Shown here: positions 56,663 through 64,000 of the stretch, one piece after another
How positions within the stretch are numbered: position 1 is the stretch's first letter
Layout of the letters: every line of letters begins with the position of its first letter
Origin: a bacterium
GTDB taxonomy: Bacteria; UBA8248
Assembly (NCBI GenBank): GCA_965221165.1
Contig: CBDCRP010000002.1
Location: forward strand, 704,001-768,000
Length of the DNA stretch: 64,000 nucleotides
Reading direction: 5' to 3'
Notes under the pieces: model-generated
The model's database searches: none
What the model was told of the DNA's origin: nothing
The model's input: only the letters and a program-made list of their open reading frames with translations
Program-made: the position numbers and the translations under genes

Positions 56663-58735
56663 TTGCTGACGATCGGAATTGATACTGGTGGTACGTTCAC
56701 GGATTTTGTCCTCTTCGACAGTGAAAAGAGCGAGTTTGCGATAGGGAAGGTTCCCACAACGCCCGAGGAGCCTTCCCATGGCATCGTTCAAGGGCTTCGG
56801 GCGCTCGTCGAGCCCGATCGCCCGCTGCAGAACATCATCCATGGGACCACGCTCGCCGTGAACGCCATTATCGAGCGCAAGGGTGTGCCCACCGGTCTCA
56901 TTTCGACAAAAGGTTTCCGGGATGTTCTCGAGATTGCCCGCGAGAAGAGGTACGACCATTACGATATCCTCTTGGAATTGCCGGAGCCACTGGTCCCGCG
57001 ACCCTTGAGGACGGAAGTGTCCGAGAGGCTCTCCAACGACGGGACGGCGATCGTCCCGCTGGACCCTCGGGAGGTCGAAGAGGTTCTCGGGCGTCTAAGC
57101 GGCGCGGGCATCAAGAGCATTGCTGTCTCGCTTCTTCACTCCTACATGAATCCGGCGCACGAGCGTGAGATAAAGGCCCTCATCGAAAGGCTTCACCCGG
57201 ACATCGCCACTTCGATATCGTCCGAGGTGGTCCCCGAGATCCGGGAGTACGAACGAACTTCGACGACCGTGGCCAACGCCTATACCAAGCCCATCATGAA
57301 GCGCTACTTGCGGAAACTCCGCGATGAGCTCGATAGGCTGGGATACGGGGCGAAGGTGTTCGTCATGCTCTCAAGCGGGGGGACGGCCGCCTGCGAGGTC
57401 GCGGAGGAATTTCCGATTCGCGCCGTCGAGTCCGGCCCCGCCGCCGGCGCTATCGCGGCCGCCTCGATGAGTCTGGCGTTGAGACACGATCGAGTGCTCT
57501 CCTTCGACATGGGAGGAACCACGGCCAAAGTCACCCTCATCAAAGATGGGGTGCCGAAGAGGACGACCGATTTCGAAGTCGCCAGGGTATATCGCTTCAA
57601 GAAAGGAAGCGGTCTTCCCATCAAGCTGCCGGTCATAGAGATGACGGAAATCGGTGCGGGGGGCGGGAGCATCGCCTCGGTGGACAAGATGGGATTTTTG
57701 AAGGTGGGTCCCGAGAGCGCAGGGGCCGACCCCGGCCCCGCCTGCTACGGCAGGGGCGGGGAGGATCCCACCGTGACCGACGCCGATCTCGTGCTGGGAT
57801 ACCTGAACCCCGGCTACTTCCTCGGCGGTGAGATGAAACTAGACGTGAAGCGGGCCCAGGAGGCGATACGAAAGAAGGTGGCCGAGCCGCTCGGACTCGA
57901 CCTGGCGACGGCCGCATGGGGAATCCACGAGATCGTCGACGAGAACATGGCGAACAGCGCGCGCATCCTGGCCGTGGAAAAGGGGGAAGACCTCGCAGCC
58001 TACTCCCTGATGGCGTTCGGGGGCGCGGGGCCGGTGCACGCCTACTGGGTGGCGAAGCGATTGGGGAACAAGAAGATCGTTTGTCCGTACGCCGCCGGCG
58101 TCTTATCGGCCCTGGGCCTGACGCTGGCGCCGCTTTCCTTCGATTTCGTGAGGTCCTATCTCCGCCGTCTCGATACTTTGGATCTCGATGAAATCAATGC
58201 GCTCTACAAGGAACTCGAGGAAGAAGGCGCGAGGCTTCTGATGAGCGCGGGAGCCGAGAGGGAGGAGATTCAAGTTACGCGGACCTGCGACATGCGCTAC
58301 GTCCGCCAGGGCTTTGAAATCGTTGTGCCCATTCCGCCGGGAACCCTTGCCGATGGTGAACGAGAGCGAATATACAAGGAATTCGAGAAGGAATACGAAA
58401 AGCTCTATTTCAAAACGAATCCCGATATGCCGATCGAGGCGCTCAACTGGCGACTCCACGCGGCCCGGGCGGGAAGTCCCATTGACCTTCGCCGCATCTT
58501 CGCGGGGTTGCGAGAGCAGGCCGGCGAAGAACACAAAGGGAAGAGGATGGTCTATCTTCCGGAATACGGGGAATATCGCGAGAGCGACGTTTTCGATCGG
58601 TACGCCCTGAAACCAAATCGCGCCATTCGGGGCCCGGCCATCATCGAGGAGAAAGAATCGACGGTCGTCGTGGGCCCGGACGCATACGCCACAATCGATG
58701 AGTACTTCAACGTGGTCATCGAGATGTCGGGATAG
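56663..58735 (+). CDS. Hydantoinase A/oxoprolinase subunit (copy 3)
   Basis: TTG start after GGAGGTGAGG; GIDTGGTFTD, HGTTLAVNA, ESGPAAG, FDMGGTTAK. Confidence 0.92.
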   Translation: MLTIGIDTGGTFTDFVLFDSEKSEFAIGKVPTTPEEPSHGIVQGLRALVEPDRPLQNIIHGTTLAVNAIIERKGVPTGLISTKGFRDVLEIAREKRYDHYDILLELPEPLVPRPLRTEVSERLSNDGTAIVPLDPREVEEVLGRLSGAGIKSIAVSLLHSYMNPAHEREIKALIERLHPDIATSISSEVVPEIREYERTSTTVANAYTKPIMKRYLRKLRDELDRLGYGAKVFVMLSSGGTAACEVAEEFPIRAVESGPAAGAIAAASMSLALRHDRVLSFDMGGTTAKVTLIKDGVPKRTTDFEVARVYRFKKGSGLPIKLPVIEMTEIGAGGGSIASVDKMGFLKVGPESAGADPGPACYGRGGEDPTVTDADLVLGYLNPGYFLGGEMKLDVKRAQEAIRKKVAEPLGLDLATAAWGIHEIVDENMANSARILAVEKGEDLAAYSLMAFGGAGPVHAYWVAKRLGNKKIVCPYAAGVLSALGLTLAPLSFDFVRSYLRRLDTLDLDEINALYKELEEEGARLLMSAGAEREEIQVTRTCDMRYVRQGFEIVVPIPPGTLADGERERIYKEFEKEYEKLYFKTNPDMPIEALNWRLHAARAGSPIDLRRIFAGLREQAGEEHKGKRMVYLPEYGEYRESDVFDRYALKPNRAIRGPAIIEEKESTVVVGPDAYATIDEYFNVVIEMSG

Positions 58736-58742
58736 GATAAAA

Positions 58743-60437
58743 ATGGAAGAGTTCGATCCCATTCGCCTGGAAGTGCTTCGGAACCGGCTCGGCTACCTCG
58801 CGGAAGAGCAGGCCCAGACGCTGATTCGGTCATCTTTCTCGACCGTGTGCCGTGAAGCGCAGGACCTCACGAGCGGCATTTTCGACATAGAAGGAAACAT
58901 GACGGTTCGCTCTTTCACGGGTCCCCCCGGGCTCGCCATGACGATGGCCCAGGGGGTGAAGCACTTCCTGAAAAAATATCCTCCGCACACTCTCAAACCC
59001 GGCGATGCCCTCATCAGCAACGACCCGTGGCTGCTCACCGGACACTATCACGACCTCACCATCGTGATGCCGGTTTTCCATCGGGGAGAGTGCGTGGCTT
59101 TTGCGGTTTGCATCTCCCATGTAACCGACGTGGGAGGAAGGGGTCTGACCGCCGATTCTCGCGAGGTGTACGAGGAGGGTATCGGGATTCCCGTGATGAA
59201 GATTTATAAGGAGGGTGTCCCCAACGAAGACCTTTTTGACATCTTGGCCTTCAACGTCCGAGTGCCGGATGAGGTGGTGGGCGACATCCATGCCATGGCG
59301 GCGGGATGCAAGGTCGGCGTGGAGAAGATAAACCAGTTTATGGACGAGTACGAGGTGAAGGATTTCACCGCCCTTTCTCACACCATCATCGCAAAGACCG
59401 AGCAGGCCCTCAAAGACCGAATCCGAGAGCTCCCGGACGGGGTGTATCGCTCCGAGGTCATGGCCGACGGATTTGACGAACCCGTCCGAATCGTCTGCGC
59501 GGTTATCGTCGATGGCTCGAATCTTACGGTTGACTATACGGGGACCGACCCCCAAATCGATCGCGGCGTGAATTCGGTTTACAACTTCTCCTGCACATAC
59601 ACGATCTACGCGATCAAGTGCGTCATCGGGCCCGACATTCCGGACAACGAGGGATGTTTCCGGGCCATCAAGATGGTGGCGCCGGAGGGATGCATCCTCA
59701 ACGCGATGCGCCCGGCCCCCGTGTGCGCCCGCCACATGATAAGCCAACACATGCCTTCGGCCATATACCAGGCGCTGGCGGATATCGTTCCGGACAGGCT
59801 ACTTGCCGAGAGCGGCATCCACATGATGATTCAGTTCGACGGCCACACCGACGAGGGAAAGAAGTTCGTCGAGGTCTTTTTCACGACCGCGGGAATGGGA
59901 GCAAGACCCATCAAGGACGGGATCTCGACCTCGGGTTTTCCCGTCATCATCTCGAACACGCCCGTGGAGGTCATCGAAAACGAGTCGCCTCTTTTAATCA
60001 CCTGCCGAGAGCTTCTCCAAGACTCGGGCGGTTCGGGGAAATTCCGAGGCGGACTCGGCCAATTCACCCGGGTGAAGCTGACGAGCAATAGTCCCACGAA
60101 TTTGTCCCCCCTCTACGAGCGGTTCAAATTTCCGGCGGGGGGGCTCAAGGGCGGAATGCCGGGAAAGAGGTCGGATTTGATCGTGAACAGCGACCTTCAC
60201 CCCCATCCAAAAATGAGTTGCCAGCTCGAAGCGGGAAGCGAGGTGGAGTTTGTTCAGGGCGGAGGGGGCGGATACCTTCCTCCGGAGCAGAGGGAACCCG
60301 AACTCGTGCTCAAAGACGTAGAGTATGGTTACGTCTCGCTCCAGCGCGCACTGGCGGATTACAAAGTGGCGATCGACGCAAACTCCCGCACCATCGATTG
60401 GGAAAAAACGCGCGCCCTGAGGGAAGCGGGAAAATGA
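58743..60437 (+). CDS. Hydantoinase B/oxoprolinase subunit (copy 3)
   Basis: FDPIRLEVLRNRL, NDPWLLTGHYHD, HVTDVGG, DSGGSGKFRGG. Confidence 0.92.
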   Translation: MEEFDPIRLEVLRNRLGYLAEEQAQTLIRSSFSTVCREAQDLTSGIFDIEGNMTVRSFTGPPGLAMTMAQGVKHFLKKYPPHTLKPGDALISNDPWLLTGHYHDLTIVMPVFHRGECVAFAVCISHVTDVGGRGLTADSREVYEEGIGIPVMKIYKEGVPNEDLFDILAFNVRVPDEVVGDIHAMAAGCKVGVEKINQFMDEYEVKDFTALSHTIIAKTEQALKDRIRELPDGVYRSEVMADGFDEPVRIVCAVIVDGSNLTVDYTGTDPQIDRGVNSVYNFSCTYTIYAIKCVIGPDIPDNEGCFRAIKMVAPEGCILNAMRPAPVCARHMISQHMPSAIYQALADIVPDRLLAESGIHMMIQFDGHTDEGKKFVEVFFTTAGMGARPIKDGISTSGFPVIISNTPVEVIENESPLLITCRELLQDSGGSGKFRGGLGQFTRVKLTSNSPTNLSPLYERFKFPAGGLKGGMPGKRSDLIVNSDLHPHPKMSCQLEAGSEVEFVQGGGGGYLPPEQREPELVLKDVEYGYVSLQRALADYKVAIDANSRTIDWEKTRALREAGK

Positions 60438-61429
60438 ACGAAAGAATCATGTACCTGAGAGGAGAATACGTTCCGGAGAGTGAGGCTCGAGTCTCGGTCT
60501 TCGACCGCGGAATGCTGTGGGGTGATGGGGTATACGATGTCGCCCGCACCATTCGCCATAAACCCTTCCTGCTCCGGGAGCACCTGGACCGGCTCTACCG
60601 GTCCCTTCGCATGGTGCGGATCGATCCCGGTCTGGCGAAAGACGAGATGGAGGCCGTGACCCTGGGCGTACTCGAAAGAAACCTCCCCCTTCTCGCCGAG
60701 AACGACGATTTTAGACTCGTCCAGGTCGTCACGCGCGGCGGAACCGATGGCTTTGGTCTCAGAGGGTTCGATGGCGCAGATCCCACCGTCGCGGTGTTTT
60801 GCGCATCCATTGATTTCAAGGAGATGGCCCGCCAATACCGAACGGGCGTTCGGCTCGCCACCGCTTCCATTCGCCAGCGCTCCCCGCAAAATCTTGAGGC
60901 CAAGCTCAAGTGCACGAGCAAGATGAGCCACACGCTGGCGGAGATCGAGGCGCTGCGGGCAGGGCCCGACCATATGGTTCTGCTTCAGGATAACCAGGGG
61001 CACGTGACCGAGGGGGCTTCGAGTAGCTTTTTCATCGTGAAAGACGGAAAGCTCATCACCTCCGATCCCACGAACATCCTCGGCGGCATCACGCGGGAGG
61101 GCCTGCTCAAGCTGGCGGCGGAATTGCGGATTCCTTCGGAGGAGCGCACCATCACCCTCTACGACGTGTACAACGCCGAGGAGGCGATAATTCTCGGGAC
61201 CAGTTTCTTCCTTCTTCCGGTCCGGGAGGTGAACGGCCTTGGAATAGGCGGCGAGCCGCCCGGCCCAATGTTCAAGCGGATCATGGAAGCATGGAGCGAG
61301 GCGATCGGTCACGATATCGTTGGGCAGGCGATGAGCCATCTCGGAGTGGCCGAAAAGGCGGGCGGACGGACCGGGAGTCGACTCCACGCATGGACGGCAT
61401 CCGGGAGCTCGAGAAAGGACGCTCGGTGA
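60434..61429 (+). CDS. Class IV PLP aminotransferase
   Basis: SVFDRGMLWGDGVYDV.R, HLDRLYRS, KLKCTS, TEGASS, ILGGITR; ATGA overlap with the upstream gene. Confidence 0.9.
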   Translation: MNERIMYLRGEYVPESEARVSVFDRGMLWGDGVYDVARTIRHKPFLLREHLDRLYRSLRMVRIDPGLAKDEMEAVTLGVLERNLPLLAENDDFRLVQVVTRGGTDGFGLRGFDGADPTVAVFCASIDFKEMARQYRTGVRLATASIRQRSPQNLEAKLKCTSKMSHTLAEIEALRAGPDHMVLLQDNQGHVTEGASSSFFIVKDGKLITSDPTNILGGITREGLLKLAAELRIPSEERTITLYDVYNAEEAIILGTSFFLLPVREVNGLGIGGEPPGPMFKRIMEAWSEAIGHDIVGQAMSHLGVAEKAGGRTGSRLHAWTASGSSRKDAR

Positions 61430-62370
61430 AGGGGACAGTCGGAAGTCGGAAAACTCGCCTGAGAAAATGGCTGCGGAGCGAGCGTGTGGCCAAGTGGTCG
61501 CCGTTCTTCGTGGCGGAGACCTTCATCCTCTTCCTTAGCATCCCGATGGTCCTGCTGATTTACTTGGCATTCACGCGCTGGCGGATTACCTTTGGCCCTT
61601 GGTGGATGGGCCGTTTTGCGGGTTTTCACAATTTCGAGGTCGCCTTTGGAGATCCGAGGTTCATCGACGCCCTCCTGAGGACGCTTTATTTCGCGGCGGT
61701 TGCAGTCCCCATCGAGACCGCGCTCGGGCTGGGTCTCGCGTACTTATGCGACAGGCCTTTTAAAGGCCAAAAGATCCTCACAACCATCTTTCTTCTTCCC
61801 CTAATGACGGTTCCTGTGGTCATCGGCTACAACTCGAACATGCTGTTCATCCGGGAAGGTCCCATCAACCAAGTCCTAAGTCTGATTACCTTGAGCGAAG
61901 TTCAGTTTGGTTGGCTCTCCGAGCCGTTCACTGCACAGGCTGCGGTCATCTTTTCCGACGTCTGGCAATGGACCCCCCTGATGTTCCTGATCTTCATGTC
62001 GGGCTTCAGTGCAATTCCCCGAGAGCTGGTGAATGCATCGAAGATATTCGGAGCGTCCGCGCTGCAAATCTTTTGGCATATCCAGCTCCCCCTCATGCGT
62101 CCCATCATCGTCATGGCGATCGTATTGCGGTCAATGGAGGCGTTGAAGATCTTCGACATACCAATGCTGCTTACCCAAGGGGGCCCCGGCAATGCCACCG
62201 AGACAATCGCGATCTATCTCTTCAGGGTTACTTGGGAGCACGCGCGCGTCTCGAGTGGGGCTGGAATGTCGTTTATACTCTTTGGTTTCACGATTATTTT
62301 CATTTTCATCTGCATCAAGATTCTGAAAAAGCAGAGACTGCAGGTGATACAACAGGCTGGAGGCCGTTGA
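61426..62370 (+). CDS. Carbohydrate ABC permease (MalF-like)
   Basis: DVWQWTPLMFLI, AIPREL...IFGAS, FDIPMLLTQGGPG.ATET; GTGA overlap with the upstream gene. Confidence 0.9.
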   Translation: MKGTVGSRKTRLRKWLRSERVAKWSPFFVAETFILFLSIPMVLLIYLAFTRWRITFGPWWMGRFAGFHNFEVAFGDPRFIDALLRTLYFAAVAVPIETALGLGLAYLCDRPFKGQKILTTIFLLPLMTVPVVIGYNSNMLFIREGPINQVLSLITLSEVQFGWLSEPFTAQAAVIFSDVWQWTPLMFLIFMSGFSAIPRELVNASKIFGASALQIFWHIQLPLMRPIIVMAIVLRSMEALKIFDIPMLLTQGGPGNATETIAIYLFRVTWEHARVSSGAGMSFILFGFTIIFIFICIKILKKQRLQVIQQAGGR

Positions 62371-62405
62371 GCGTCGTTCAACATGGTCGTCTCGGAGGGA
62401 AACTG

Positions 62406-63326
62406 ATGCTCAGAAGGCTGATGCGAAAATACAAAGTCGGCACCGTCATGCGGTGCTTCCTCCTCGCCGCGTGGACGGCGTTCGCCCTCATTCCGCTCGT
62501 CTGGATGCTTTCGACTTCCTTCAAAGCGGCGGAGGAGTGGGTGACGTGGCCGCCTCGGTGGGTCCCCGAAAACCCGACGCTCGTGAACTACCGCGCGCTC
62601 CTTGGGATGGAACAGGTCGAGTTTTTCTATCTGGATCAGCACGGCGAGAAGAAATCCGCCACCCGGCCGGGCGGCACGGCGCAGTTCTTCACCGCGGTCA
62701 ACGCCCTCAAGAACAGCCTTATTGTTGCGACGATCAGCGCGTTCATTGCGCTTCTCATTGGTTCTGCCCTCGCATACAGCATATCGCGGTTCAAGGTAGG
62801 CGGCGAGAGATTTCGGTACATGCTTTTGGGAATACGGATGGTTCCGCCCATCGTCATCGCGGTGCCTTTCATCATTTACTACGCCATGCTCAGGCTGACG
62901 GATACCCATTTGGGGTTGATCCTGGTGTACGTCCCGACCTCCCTCCCCTACGTCGTGTGGATGATGGTGAGCTTCATCGATGAGGTGCCAGTGGAGTTGG
63001 AGCACGCCGCTCACATCATGGGAGCCAACCGGTTCTTCACCTTGAGGAAGATCGTCCTCCCCCTTGCAGCCTCGGGGCTAGTCGTCACTTTCATGTTCAT
63101 TTTCATCCTCAACTGGAGTGAGTTTCTGTTGGCCCTGACGCTCACACAGTCGGAGGTCGTTACGCTTCCGGTGGCCCTCAGCAGGTATCAATCGGCGGCG
63201 GAAGGGAAGCTTTTCGGTCCCCAAGCCGCCTTCGGGGCCATAACCACCATCCCCGTGATCATCCTGGCGGTTTTTATCCAGAAGCATCTCGTCAAGGGGT
63301 TCAGCTTCGGAATGGTGAGAAAGTAG
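62406..63326 (+). CDS. Carbohydrate ABC permease (MalG-like)
   Basis: WMLSTSFK, NSLIVA, ELEHAA..MGA, FILNWSEFLLAL, QKHLVKG. Confidence 0.9.
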   Translation: MLRRLMRKYKVGTVMRCFLLAAWTAFALIPLVWMLSTSFKAAEEWVTWPPRWVPENPTLVNYRALLGMEQVEFFYLDQHGEKKSATRPGGTAQFFTAVNALKNSLIVATISAFIALLIGSALAYSISRFKVGGERFRYMLLGIRMVPPIVIAVPFIIYYAMLRLTDTHLGLILVYVPTSLPYVVWMMVSFIDEVPVELEHAAHIMGANRFFTLRKIVLPLAASGLVVTFMFIFILNWSEFLLALTLTQSEVVTLPVALSRYQSAAEGKLFGPQAAFGAITTIPVIILAVFIQKHLVKGFSFGMVRK

Positions 63327-63451
63327 CCCCCCGGCTCCCTCTGACAGCGTACTCCTGCCCGAGGGGAAGAGCCTCGTTTCTGTTCCACGAACAAGACAGA
63401 AAGGAGTCGGGGCGAATCCTTGGATCGTCGAGATTCGGGCGAAGGGTCACT

Positions 63452-64000
63452 TCAATCCGGATATCTCGGAATGTATTTCCCGGTCTTTTCGTTGATCAGG
63501 ATGCCGTCCTCGAAAATCACCCGTCCGCGCAGCATCGTCAGCACGGGCCAGCAGCGGAGCTCCCAACCCTCCCAGGGACAGAAAGGCGAGACCGTGTGGA
63601 GTTCTTCTTTCCTCACGACGTGCGGCGTTCCGATGTCCATGATGACGAGGTCGGCGTCCGAGCCGACGGCGATCGTGCCCTTCTTCGGATACAGGCGCAT
63701 AAGCCTGGCCGGGTTGTAGGCGCAGACCTCGGCGATCTCGGTGGGTGAGAAGCCACGCTCCATTCCCGTGTGCAGGATGACTGGGAAATAACAGTTGTGG
63801 CTCGGGAACCCCAACCCGGTGCGCTCCTTGGTCGGCGGGGGCTGGTAATACGGGTTCGGCTTTCCATCCGGATACCTCTCCCGGGGGGACACCACCCCGT
63901 CGGTCCCGAGGCACGTGATGTCCCCCGTTCTGATCCCGTCCCACATGGAATCGACATCCTCCTTATATCCGAGCGCGGGAATGATGCAGGTGGCCATGAA
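63452..64000 (-). CDS. Cyclic amidohydrolase (dihydropyrimidinase/allantoinase/dihydroorotase family), 3' part
   Basis: LGTD, NPARLMRLYPKKGTIAVGSDADLVI, PWEG, TMLRGRVI; the 5' end lies outside the window. Confidence 0.85.
   Translation of the reverse strand, partial: FMATCIIPALGYKEDVDSMWDGIRTGDITCLGTDGVVSPRERYPDGKPNPYYQPPPTKERTGLGFPSHNCYFPVILHTGMERGFSPTEIAEVCAYNPARLMRLYPKKGTIAVGSDADLVIMDIGTPHVVRKEELHTVSPFCPWEGWELRCWPVLTMLRGRVIFEDGILINEKTGKYIPRYPD

Overview
A 64 kb chromosomal window from a moderately GC-rich, probably Gram-negative bacterium; the taxon cannot be fixed from sequence alone. From left to right: (1) an AT-rich edge with a P-loop ATPase, a decayed duplicate of its 5' end, an orphan higA and a higBA pair. 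(2) A ~19 kb surface-polysaccharide locus next to tRNA-Glu, with two AsnB amidotransferases, glycosyltransferases, two Wzy_C-like proteins, an ABC flippase, NeuA-NeuB and GT2-NeuA fusions, a LIC12162-type protein and an unexpected LarA-family racemase/epimerase. (3) Core-like genes: DMT transporter, M20 amidohydrolase, phd-vapC, a di-heme MauG/CcP-like gene heading an atypical phnDCE operon behind a DtxR/MntR-like palindrome, amtB-glnK, a CxxU Rdx selenoprotein missed by the ORF track, and a PhlAB-like fusion with a thiolase. (4) An 8 kb segment bracketed by 188-bp direct repeats. It holds a truncated IS110/IS1111 element whose non-coding RNA appears to match the IS256 terminal repeat it sits in, a decayed IS256, and a high-GC hydantoinase/oxoprolinase operon. 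(5) Two more hydantoinase/oxoprolinase AB pairs sharing a 304-bp near-identical tract, with a class IV aminotransferase, sugar-type ABC subunits and a partial cyclic amidohydrolase. No CRISPR array or rRNA was seen. All family calls are by motif recognition, not database search.
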